From Hydrolagus colliei (Eukaryota), in contig CM068747.1 in the NCBI GenBank assembly GCA_035084275.1, positions 2,232,001 to 2,296,000 of the forward strand: 64,000 nt of DNA. The letters are read 5' to 3'. Position 1 is the stretch's first letter. Each line of letters opens with the position of its first letter. Under the pieces are notes generated by a model that was not told where the DNA came from, did no database searches, and saw nothing but the letters and a program-made list of their open reading frames with translations. Of this stretch, positions 24,403 through 36,431 are shown piece by piece. A program made the position numbers and the translations under genes.

Positions 24403-26220
24403 GTATGTGTAGAGGAACTAAAAGCCTCTTTCGTTCCGTCAGCGCTGATAAGCAAGAAACTCGCGCAGGCCCAAGACACAGTGCAGTCGGTTGGCAGTTA
24501 AAGAGGATTTGCCTTCAAGGGAAGCACAATCTCAATCGAGCCATGAGCTGATTGACATGGTTGGGTCGCATTAACAGGTTGCGTTGTGTTGAAAATCTTG
24601 TGCCAGAGTTGAAATGATTCTTGCCTTACCCTGTTTAAGCAGAAGAGGAGCTCCACAACAGCTTTAGTTGTCATTTGCTGAGATGCTATGATATTTTGAC
24701 ATCACAGCATTTTAGAATATAAATGATATTGCAACTTAGTTTTGTCGCTTTGCTCCTGTAATTAAATTCCTCATCCAAACTGCCCAGGTTTTAAAGAAAC
24801 CAGATGAGGTGTTGTCAATTCCATTCCCCAGCTGATTGCGAGCGAATGGGTTGACTTAGAGAATCTGAAATGTCACAATGGTTGAAGACTGGCTGTGATG
24901 TACATGGAGTTAGTGCAACTTAATTCCATATGCTCATTTTCTCTGAGTGTTTGTTAGGAACTCATCCACTCTTAAAAAAAAGTGTTTTTTTGATGCAATA
25001 TCTGGAAATAAATCCGTTGAGATTTAGTTGTCAAATGACTTTGTGTCTGTGTGTCTGTATGTGTACGCAAGCTATTTTAAATTGAGAACATTTCAATTGA
25101 AAATCTCCCTGTGTCAACTCTGTGTCACTGGAGAAGAGAAAATATGTAACGTTTCTTTTTGTCATTTTGAAAATGTGATAATATCTGGATGGTATCGAGT
25201 TGTGAGGAGAAATTATTGCATTATTTCGCTGTTGGAATTATTGATCTTCCACTTAAGAGATAAAGTAAAACAAATTGCATGATCAAGCAAAGGCTTGATG
25301 TGTTAAAGTAAACTGGGTTAATTTATGGATTTCCCCTTATCTGTTTTTATTACTTTGCAAAGCTGCTTCTATTAGTCAACTGTATGATCTATCGGAATCC
25401 AGTCTCTTGTTGGTTATTTCATAAACCATTGTGTTTTTATTAAGGCGACTATGCTACTGCAATACCATGCAAAGGCTTCTAAACTGTATTGCACAGTATA
25501 TAAAAGCCACTGTACTGAATTAAGATAGTACAGTACTATGAATTGACAATTATACTGTACTACAAAGTGTACTATGGAAGGGCTACTATACTGTATTATG
25601 CAGTGATGGTCACTCATCTTAAAAATAAATGACTTGTCACAAAGAATCGGAATATATAAGCTTTTCAATCCATATTAAAAGTGTAAAATCCTGATGAAAT
25701 GCAAGGAATGATTTGAACGTGGAGGTCCGAAAATTCACGTGGAGAGAATTCACCTCGATAGACAAAAATGAAAACGTCTCAAAAGTAGACTAAACGTTGA
25801 GAACAAGGTTGTTTTAGGAATATTTGATGTGGTGGTAAAAGTATGGAATATCACTGTGATTGCTGTCTGCTGCCATTATAGCAGCAGGCTTGCATTTGCT
25901 GTGCAGGTGAAAGGAGAAAAAAAAAAGGCATAAATTGAACAAAACTTGGGAATGAAGATAATTTTACCAGACAAAGGCTCAATTGAGATTAACCTTTATA
26001 AAGCACACATCCACTCTGGGATCCTTGTACCATTGCAAAGTATAACAAAGTGATCAAACAGGATTCCCTTGTTCCCACTCCTGTGCTGGTGGATTTCAGA
26101 ATAGTAATTCTGCCTTTGTACCGTTGGAAGCAAAGTAATTTTGTTGCCAGCAGTGGAGTGATATAGAACAAGAAGCCTGATTTATATTTTCTGTTCTTCC
26201 TCTTATTCTCAACAGAGTCC

Positions 26221-26516
26221 TACTGTAGCTCAGTGGTTAAAACCTCTCACCTCGCAAGTGAGAGACCTGGGTTTGACTCTCGGCGGGGCAAAGTTTCCTT
26301 ACACCACATAATCCCTCAAGAAAAAGATAATAATGATAATAATCCTTCAAGAAAAAAAAAAAATTTGGTCACTCAATTCACGTCTATTTGTGGGATTGCC
26401 TGCCGCGTTTTGCCCACAAATATACTCAATTCACTTTAGAGTATATTTTGTGAAGTGCTTTGAGATGTCTAGAAAAGGTGGAAAGCACTATATCAAATGG
26501 AAGAATTATTATTATT
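26221..26516 (+). mobile_element. Near full-length tRNA-derived SINE, diverged
   Basis: tgtagctcagtggttaaaacctctcacc...gagacctgggtttgactc, plus core and tail as in 2900-3220. Confidence 0.85.
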
Positions 26517-26932
26517 GTATCACACCTGTTAATTCTTAATGTTATAAGACAGTGCGTCTTTGATGACATTCCTTTGAAAGTTCTTTGACTGACCCTTGGA
26601 GTTGCTCACAATTCATTTCCAAGGACCTCTGCTCAAGGAAGTCCCTGCAATATACATCAGAAATACCAGTGTAGAATAAATAATATCGAGCAAAATCCTT
26701 TCCGCCAAATGTTGCCATATAACGCATTACATGTAGGTAACTGTATTTTGACAACAATTGAGTCTGTTAAATGTTGGTTTAATAGGCGACTTGATATACT
26801 TAAAGCGCTCTGAGACGCCGTCCGGCATGGAGGGCGCTATATAAATTGAAGTTGTTATTGTTGTTGATGTATCGGCAATACATACTATGTGTGACATGAT
26901 TGAAGTGTGACACATCCACTCTTGTTCTGCAG

Positions 26933-27046
26933 ATAACTTTGTGGTGGACTACAGCTCCTGCGTGCGTGCATGTCCGAGCAATAAGATGGAAGTAACAGAA
27001 AATGGAATTAAAGTGTGCAAACCCTGCACGGATATTTGTCCGAAAG
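26933..27046 (+). CDS. ERBB4: ERBB4 exon 8
   Basis: ctgcag|ATAAC...GAAAG|gtaatg; 114 nt; HNFVVDYSSCVRACPSNKMEVTENGIKVCKPCTDICPK. Confidence 0.96.
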
Positions 27047-27846
27047 GTAATGGATGGTTACAAACTCTCGTCTCGTTCTACAGCCACCGGCAAACAGCAC
27101 TTACCAATTGTGTGACATTTACTGCGCTTCAAACATTCCTACTCTGTGATAATAATGAAAGATTTACCAACCGTTCATAATAATCTGCAGGTCAACTTCA
27201 ATTTAACTTTACACATTGACATGTAGTTATTTTGTTTCTTTATAACTTTTCTTAAGATGTCATTCTGGCAGGTTGCTGATTCAAGTCCCATATTAACACT
27301 TGAGTTCATGGTCCACTACATTGTTATGTGGATTGATAACGGTAGAATTTTTGATTTTATATAGTACGTGTGACCTATACAAAGCTTAACAGAAATGGAT
27401 TTGCAGTCAGCGTAGTTAAATGCCTGGTTTGTATCTCTTCAGTATGCTTCCTTACCAGTGCGTAAACATCACACAAAGACATGGTTGTTAAGACATATGA
27501 ATACATATTCCAGATGAGATGTGAAACATGTTTGTGACTCTCAAATGATCATTCCTCAGCTAGGACTATCAAGTGTATCCAATAATTTCCTAGTTCCGAG
27601 CCAGATTGAGTTGTTCTATCTAAATAAAGAAAGCACAAATATTTGAGACTAGGGGTTCATAGAAAACCAGGGTTTTGCATCATGGCTAATGCTGTCTTAT
27701 GACTTATGTCTTATGCTCATGGGAAAATCTGTGCTTGTTGTCATATCAGTATTTTCCCTCAATCAATGTCCTCTTAACTATATACGGTGGCGACACTGAA
27801 GACAACAATGTTTAACTTTGGGATCGTTGTCCCATCTCTTTCGCAG

Positions 27847-27973
27847 TTTGTGATGGTATTGGTACTGGGAGCTTACAAATGGCAAAAACAGTCGACTCGA
27901 GCAACATTGACAAGTTCGTGAACTGCACCAAGATCAATGGAAACCTTATTTTTCTGATTACTGGCATTGAGGG
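27847..27973 (+). CDS. ERBB4: ERBB4 exon 9 (start of L2 domain III)
   Basis: tcgcag|TTTGT...GAGGG|gtaagt; 127 nt; [43 protein letters not shown]. Confidence 0.96.
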
Positions 27974-29059
27974 GTAAGTACTGAAGCAAATGTCTTCGAT
28001 TAAATCATATTACAGTCTATAGTTCACTCAGATTTGCTGTTGAGAAAAATGACTGAAACTATTCAGTGTTAATCACTGCTCTAAATATATAGAAGTCAAG
28101 CCCATCTCAAAATTTTGCTCCTTGATCGACTTTCAGTCATCTTTCCCCTTCTCTCCTCTTTATTCTCCCATTCCCCATACAATCTTGGGTACCTAGCTAG
28201 CAGAGTTAAACGGTTTTGAGAGATTCCCCCCCATGTGAAAGATATTATATAAATGCAAATTGTATTGTATAGCTATAAAAATAGCCAAATTAAATATCTG
28301 AATACATTGGATAAATGTTTGGACAAGAAAAATATTATGGGTGTTGGGGGAAGGAAGAAGGGAAGAAAATTGGATGAGAGGTGAAGCCATCTTCTTTAAA
28401 ACCAATTTAAAACCATCAGGATAGAAATGAGAGCTTGAATGTCCATTTCTGGTGCTGTCAAATATTCATTGCTTCACACTCCCACCCTCGCAGTCATTTA
28501 CTTTGTTGCATTGGTATGATATCTTTGTGTCTTCTCAGCTGTAAAATGATGTGTGGTTTAAGTCGGGCGCTTAAAAGAATAATGAGCCTAGGAGTGGCCA
28601 CGTGTTGAACTGATCGAATACCAGTGGAAGTTTTTTCAATCTTTTTTAAAAAAAAGTTTTTCTCCCTTGGATGGCAATCTTGGTGAACAATCCCCCAAAA
28701 TAAAATTTGTCACTCACTCCATGGGCTGTTTGTGGGATATATCTGTGCGCAATTTCGCCCGTAAAATAGACACAGTCATACCGCTTTCCAATATATCCTG
28801 TGAAGCCTCAGTAGCTTGATAAATTGCTATATTAAATGAAAAGAATATTATTATATATCCAATTACCTATACGCCTACCAATAAGAAATTGTCCAAACAG
28901 ATATGAATCTGAATGATGCCAAACAATTTAACATTTTGAGGTCTGGCTGATTATTGAGGTGACTGCTTCGTTAGGTTGGTTTCAAAAGCAGCAGCTGTGA
29001 ACCAACACAAGAACATTATCATGTTATAATCTGACTGAGCAAGTTGTTCTTTCTTCCAG

Positions 29060-29133
29060 TGACCCTTATCATAATATCGCGGCTTTGGATCCTGAGAAAT
29101 TGAATGTCTTTCGGACGGTCCGAGAGATAACAG
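29060..29133 (+). CDS. ERBB4: ERBB4 exon 10
   Basis: cttccag|TGACC...AACAG|gtaatt; 74 nt; [24 protein letters not shown]. Confidence 0.96.
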
Positions 29134-30464
29134 GTAATTAAGCTGAAGCACATTTTGAACAGTGCAATAAGTAAAACCAATTTTCAAACTTTAGCAATCT
29201 TTCAAAGTCATATGAGATGCAATGAAGTCTCTATAACTATTCCAAAGTAACTTACCATCTCCATCTCAGTGATAATAAATCATTTGTTTTCAGCTGCACA
29301 TCCCTCAACACCTCCCCTCCACCCACCGGCTTTTAAATCCAAACTTAAAACCTTCTTCTTCAATGGGTGTCTACAGCCACCACCTCTTCTCCTTTCTTCC
29401 TTGCTTATCCAGTCATTGTAAAGCACCCGCAAGACATTATATTACGTGAAGGATGCTATATAAATACAACTACTGTTGTTGCATTGAACAAGTTCATGTA
29501 GTACAGTGATTTCAAACTGACTATATCAAACGAAAGCTTTATTGTCCTTTTTTTTTTACAATTTAACACGTTTAATCATGGACAATTGTTCATCTTAAAA
29601 AGTAACACAAATAGTATATCTTGCCTTTTGTAGAGTACTGCATATTTACTAGTGAGTAGCAGCTGGCAGAGAAGATGATGGTACTATTTCAATTTATTGC
29701 CTTCTGCGACTGCAGAAAAATATATTTTCTTCAATTTCTTTGCCGAGCAGAATAACATTAAAGATGCACGGAATACATATTATAAAATTCCGTGGATGCA
29801 GTCTCATCGCAGGAATGCATGTTGATTTATGTGCCATTCTGTACTCACATATATACCAATAGGGAATCGTGAGTGGATGAATCACGAGTGCCCGGAATAA
29901 AATCAGGATAAATATATGCACAAGTCTACTTCTTTTTACCGATGTTCTGTCTCTCCTACCCTCTTCTTGGCCATAAAGGAATACAGAAAACGACAGAACT
30001 TTGGGTTGCACTGGGCAATTCCCCCAAGGCAAATTTCCTGATGCCTGGGATATCTGTTGCGCTTGACTCTCCGATCTAGAAGTAACACCGAACTGTTGCT
30101 GCTGTTATTTTCAACAACTACTTGCATACTACTGATTTCTTATAACGCTTCACAGTGGTGGAGTTGGATGCCAAGCTTCAAGGAAGGGAGACAGGACCAC
30201 AGAATAGCTAGATTTTAAGGTGGGATTTGAAGGTAGAGAGGGGATAAGACAGAGGGATGAAGGCAGTGACTTGCAGAGGTGGAGGTGACTGAAGGCTCGG
30301 TCATTGATGGGTTGTAACACACAGTTAGCCTGTGTTATTTTCAGGGAAAATAGCAACAAGGGAAAATGTCAATTGACAAGTCCTCTGCTCCTCTTACTGG
30401 AACACACACATGTTTTCTGTCCTTTGCTACATGAACCTAATGGGATTTTTGTTTGCTTGACTAG

Positions 30465-30555
30465 GATTTTTGAACATCCAGTCATGGCCGAGGAACATGT
30501 CGGACTTCAATGTGTTTTCCAACCTGGTGATAATCGGTGGCAGGAGCTTGTACAG
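30465..30555 (+). CDS. ERBB4: ERBB4 exon 11
   Basis: gactag|GATTT...TACAG|gtgagc; 91 nt; [31 protein letters not shown]. Confidence 0.95.
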
Positions 30556-30719
30556 GTGAGCGAGAGTCTTGAGTTCTTAACGTGTTTCATTTGCAATACA
30601 AATTTTAACGGCCCTACACTCGGATGCGTTGCAAGGCATTTTCTCCTCTTCCCCGTATTGTGTGACTGTATCTCAGTCTGGGCTCGCAGGCTATCAACCG
30701 TTAACAATCCCTGTTCTCT

Positions 30720-30975
30720 ACAACAACAACAACTTTGATTTATATCGCGTCCTCCACGCTGGACGGCGTCTCAGAGCGCTTTACAATAGCGGATCCCGGG
30801 ACCGAGCCAGGGGCAGGGGGGAGAAAGGTGACCAAAGGCACGGTCGAAGAGAAAGGTCTTCAGCTGTGACCTGAAACTGGGAAGAGAGAGGGGGCGAGGC
30901 GAAGGTAGTGAGGGAGGGAATTCCAGAGTCTCGTGGCAAAGTGGCTGAAGGCACAGCCGCCAAGGGTGGAGCTCC
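30720..30975 (-). mobile_element. L2 3' end, second tail variant (also plus-strand copies at ~19320-19380 and ~26803-26865)
   Basis: Minus ORF STLGGCAFSHFATRLWNSLPHYLRLAPSL; tail agcgctctgagacgccgtccagcgtggaggacgcgatataaatcaaagttgttg. Confidence 0.85.
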
Positions 30976-31654
30976 TATCCTCTGGCTTGAAAGCTCCTGT
31001 GTCATGCCTCCTTTCGAGCTGGCAAACTGGTCGACATAATACCACTACAGCGCCTTAGCTCATGTACCCTTATAGCATTCTACTGCGATCTCAGAAAGAT
31101 GTGATGTCTTTTGGAAAGTCTCCGTGTGGATCCCCCATTGTCAGAAGCATGACTAGAGAGAGGTGGAAAAAGATGTATTCTTTTGTTAATTCAGTTCATT
31201 ACCAATAGTTGATTAATTATGGTGTTGTTTCGGTATCTCTCAGGACCACAGATGAGAGATCACATCATGTGTATCCAATTTTGAGAGTCACATTTGTACA
31301 TGGCGGATTATGCAGGTGCTGCGTTACGCAGCATCGATGCCACGTGCGCTGTTAGGAGTGCACACATGTCCTCTCGACAAGAACTCTGCGGCAATCGCAT
31401 AATAATACTTTCACATATCGCGAAAGCATAAAACATTCACGAGTGACGAGCGGCTGGATCTGAATGTTTAAAGTACACATCATTAGGGTGTACTTACACA
31501 AAACAATGTCGGAGAGGAATTGACACCATCATCTGAATTGCATCCTTACGTACTTTTCCAGCTTAAGGCATCAAGCATCATTTGCGTATAATGTTACGAC
31601 ATCGGCAGCAGCGTGTGCTATAACCAATATTGTATTTTCTACCCGTCAAAACAG

Positions 31655-31854
31655 TGGGATCTCCCTGCTGATTCTGAAACAACAGTGGGTAACATCACTC
31701 CACTTCCAGTCCCTGATGGAAATCAGCGCAGGCAATGTGTATGTGTCGGACAACCCGAGCCTGTGCTATTATCACACCGTGAACTGGACTGTGCTGTTCA
31801 GAACCAACTCACAGAAACCAGTCATAAAGAACAATAGAAATTCGCAGAATTGCA
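31655..31854 (+). CDS. ERBB4: ERBB4 exon 12
   Basis: aaacag|TGGGA...TTGCA|gtaagt; 200 nt; [66 protein letters not shown]. Confidence 0.95.
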
Positions 31855-33307
31855 GTAAGTACCACACACTTGTACTCCTTCACAACTCTCTCCCCCGAAA
31901 GGAGAAAGAAAAAGCCATTAATACCATCTAAGAGTTTTTGAAGCAAAGATGTTATAAAATCCTATGAATACATCACTTTTCTATCTATATTTTTATACCC
32001 AGTAAATATACGGTTGCATTTGCAAGCAACTTATACAGTGTGCACTAAAATATAGCTTTGAAATAGTGTGCAAATTGCATACTGGTCTCTATGGGTAATG
32101 TGATTCCCAGCTCAAAGTGAAAGATTACTTGTTTAGAATGAGATAATAAGTCATTAGAATCAAATAGAGTTTTGTTGTTAATTTAGAATTAGTCCATAGA
32201 GCAACTTTCACCAGAATTATTTACATTATTGCATTATAAAGACTGCAGCTGGGAATCTTATCCAGTTAAGATAGCAAATAACACATTTCACATGCTGTTC
32301 CTATCGTGCACTGAGCTGTGAATCAGTCAGATCCCAGCTGTCAAAAGTATTAGGTGTGGATGAGAGTGCAAATTAATTTGGGATTCAGATTTGGGAATGA
32401 GAGGGACTGAAATACAAATTTTCCAACCATAAGGCCAGCCAACAAATAAATTGGATCTAGTCAACCTGAGTTTTATAAAAAGCGAATAGTTTTCATCCAT
32501 CCCAGCAACTTCTCTATTAAGAGACAATAATGTGTGCTATTGTTATTGAGACTAATTTGATTATGATTAACATTGCAATGGACAACATTAAAACTATCTG
32601 CGTGGAAAAAAAACCCTACTGCCCATAATCTACCTTGAATCATTTTAACCAAATATATGGGACATCTCAAGACACTTATCTCTTTTGGTCCTCATTCCCT
32701 TCCGCACCTTCTTCGGCTTTCACCTCTCAGCTCAAATACCCAACCAGTAGTTTCGAGCAACCTGAGTTGCTTGTTGTTCTGTCATGATACGTGTTATGTA
32801 AATCAAAATTTTTATTGACAATAATAATCCTTAAATTTGGTATGGCTTGGTATATATCTCAAAACTCTTCACAAGTTATACTGTAAAGTGAAGAGACCCG
32901 AGTTCTGCCTGAACAGAGCTGCATTATTTGAAAAGGGAAGGGAGTTACTCCCAGTGTCCTCGCCAGCAATCCCTCGAATAAAATTAATCATTCACTTCAG
33001 GTCTATTGCTGGGATATTGCTATGCACCCAAAAATTGGCTGATGCATTTGTCGCGCATAAAATACGTAGTCACTTTACAATATATCCTGTGAGGTGTTCC
33101 TGATCTGAAAGGCAGTATAACAAATGAAGGCTTATTATTATTTTTAGTATTAGTACGATCAAACAAAGTGTGTAATTGCAAGTAGCCAGCGTTATTCGCT
33201 GTTCAATTTATCTTCGAATGACCAATAAAATGTGTGTGTTTCGGCTGCTTGGACAGAAAGAGGTTTCTTGTGCAAGTGATGTGAGTTACGCTGTGTTTCT
33301 TTCCTAG

Positions 33308-33440
33308 CTTCTGATAAGATGGTGTGCGATGTCCTGTGTTCGGACAATGGTTGTTGGGGACCAGGACCAGACCAATGCTTGTCTTGCAGATTCTTCAGTA
33401 GAGGAAGCAACTGCACTGAATCCTGTAACTTATATGAAGG
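33308..33440 (+). CDS. ERBB4: ERBB4 exon 13 (domain IV)
   Basis: ttcctag|CTTCT...GAAGG|gtacgt; 133 nt; [45 protein letters not shown]. Confidence 0.95.
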
Positions 33441-34090
33441 GTACGTGATCATCTTAAGGCCGTGCAGTCAATCTAATCTAAACTCTTAAACCAATCAACC
33501 TCAACAACTTGCAGCGTCCTTTACACTGGGTAGTGTCCCAAATCATTAGGCAGGAGGGGGTTTTCATACTGATGGAAGACAGTACAGAACATGAATATAA
33601 AGCGAATTGTCAAATAATTGCCTCTTGTGCTGACTTGTCCAACCAGAATGAAGACAGGGCATGAAATACAAGGTGAGGAAATATCACCCAATATTAAAAA
33701 AAAAATTTTTTGCCAATCATCTACTCCAGGAAATTATGAGAGAGTAGCAGAGGAGAGAGAGACACAGAGGAGGAGTGAGAGAGATAGAGGAGAGTGAGTG
33801 TGTGAGGGAGAGAGAGAGAGACACATTACCTTGATTAGCTTTGTGAGGCTGGAATATAATCTGAGCAGAAGCAATTTAGCTTTTCCTACAATTTGACCAC
33901 ATCAGAGACCAAAGTTAATAATAATTATAACAGTCCTCCCATTTGATATAGTGCCTTATCACGTCCTCAGAAATTGCTCAATGTGCTTCACTGAGGCGTT
34001 CGGGAAAGTGCAGTGACTGTGTATTTGTAAGCAAACATCTGTGGCAATATATTATGCATTTTTCTAAGCGTTCCCTTCTTGTTCCTATTA

Positions 34091-36126
34091 ATGTAGTAAA
34101 CATTGTGGCATGAATGTTCTCTAATTTTGCCTTGTCTAAATGAGGGGTGCAAAATCTGTCACAATACAATATACTTAAGTTTTCTTTAATCAACCCAAAG
34201 TTTGGATGGATGGTTTCCAATTAAGAGACTGTATACAGTAGCCTAATTATCAGAAGAAAATGATGGGATTACTATAATAAGAATGGAAGTAGATTTTCAA
34301 AATTAATTTCCCTTGGTGGGAGTAACAGAAATGTAACACTTGTTTTTGTATCCTGTATGAATATGGTGGTTAAGTCTAACATTGACCCTGCGAGACAATT
34401 AGTTTTTAATTAAAGCCAGCTTTATTACAATTTAATACATACCCATTTGATATCATAAAGGAGCAGTATTGATGAATGTGTTATAATGTTTTAAATAATT
34501 GATGCTTTGAAAATATTTTCTTTGGCTGCTCAGACAAATTCTGAATTTTTTTATATTCTTTTTAAAGAGCTGAAAGTGAGCCTTGCAATTTTTCCCCTGA
34601 AACCCAATTATGACTCAGAATCAGATTTGCAACCATTCTAGCATTGATCTATCTAGTATTAAGATTCAGACTCCCATGAGATTGTGTCCTTCACAGCAGC
34701 TGAAATATCATTATTACATCGTTGATCTTCTCTTGAAATCAGTGGCTAGTACGAACTACGGTAGATTTTTACTCACTAAATATAATGTCAATTCACTTTA
34801 CAGTATATTCTGTAAAGCACTTTGAGACATCTCGAAGACATGATAAGGCGCTATATATCAAATACAAGGATTATTATTGTTATTTAGATAGAGTTTGCTC
34901 ATTGAAATACTATATAGGCAAAATAAGTAAATCCATCAGCGGTTTATTTGCCATAGACAGTATGTCACACAAATATGTAATACATCTTTTACAAACCAGT
35001 AAAAGTCATAGCGCATATTAATAAAGGAATTTTATTATCAGCTGTTTTCATTGATTTGTGTGAGAATAGAAGTCCTGCACAATTCAGGGTTAATATTTCT
35101 CTTTTTTATGAAAGCAAAACAGTACACATTGATGCAAAGAAAATACACTGAGAATTATTTGGAAGTTACACCATGGAAGCACATCAGCAAGTGTTTTCTA
35201 AATGCAGAGTAAATGGTAGCTGAAATATGGTTTGTAAGGAAGGTTAGTTGAGCTCAAGACACTGCATTCATTGAACAAATAGCCCAATATTATTGGGATT
35301 TGAGTAGGTATGATATGAAATATGCAAGAGGGCCTTCTTCACCTGAATCTTTTTTATGATATTCATGAAGGATAAATATGGTCTGCGTAAGAATGTTTTT
35401 TTTAACCACTTATGTGGCAGGAGATAAGCAACAAAACACTGATTATTTGGCTAGTTAGACAGTCACATCAAAACTGGATGTATATTTTGCCTCCCTGCTG
35501 CTCTTTAACGCGTGTTTAGGGATAAACTATTTGCAATGTTAGCACTCGTCAACTGTTGGACAGATTAATTACTAGGTTGATGAATAGTTCCAACTTCATA
35601 ACAGAACAAGAAGTTAAAACATTTACAAATTGTAATTAGAATGTAATTCCACACTCTGTTCTCCGAGATACATTTCACTGGAACTATAAATGTGTGCAGT
35701 GTCCCCATTTTAGAGAACTCTTTTCTGACACGTGTCTTTGAGTACAGGAATCCCTGTTCAAGTGATCAATCCTGGAGCTTTCCTCCAGCTCAATAATCAG
35801 CAAATATGCTAAACTTAAACATCCAGGTGCTTGCGGGCGATCCTTCACATGAGATGTTAAACCCAGGTCTCATCTGCCTGTTCAAGTGGATATAAAAGAT
35901 CTGCAGTATCTGCTATCCCCCAGATAAAATTGATCATTAATTGCATGGCTAATTGTTGGACATTTGTCATTGAAATATCCTCCCAAGATGAAAGGCAACC
36001 CTCCATCCAAACTTTGGGTTGATTAAAGAAAACTTAAGTACTGTATATTGTATTGTGACAGATTTTGCACCCCTCATTTAGACAAGATAAAATTAGAGAA
36101 CATTCATGCCACAGTGTTTATTACAT
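34091..36126. repeat. Long inverted repeat: arms 34091-34210 and 36002-36126
   Basis: Manual alignment gives 4 mismatches plus one 5-nt indel over ~120 nt. Confidence 0.92.
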
Positions 36127-36337
36127 AATTAAATGCAAGGATTTTTATGATGATGATGATTGTTTAGGGAATTTTTTTAAAAACAGTTACATATGGATCC
36201 TCGCTGAACGTCCAAGTCTAGAGAAGTGACTTTAAAAATGTAGATTGAAGAAGACTGGAAGAAAAGATGAAATAAATGTCTTTTTTTTAAAATGTAACAT
36301 GCAATTTCTAATCCTGAGCTTCCTCAATATCATACAG

Positions 36338-36431
36338 GGAATTTCGAGAGTTTGCAAACGGCACCATCTGCATGGAATGTGACGGACAATGCGAGAAAAT
36401 GGATGAAGATATGGTGACTTGCCACGGATTG
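36338..36431 (+). CDS. ERBB4: ERBB4 exon 14
   Basis: catacag|GGAAT...GATTG|gtaaga; 94 nt; [31 protein letters not shown]. Confidence 0.95.

Noticed and set aside
34091-36126. A ~2-kb DNA transposon bounded by 120-bp TIRs
   Set aside because: No matching target-site duplication, no transposase trace, ordinary intronic interior with old SINEs, and one arm interrupts a SINE. Kept as a templated insertion instead.
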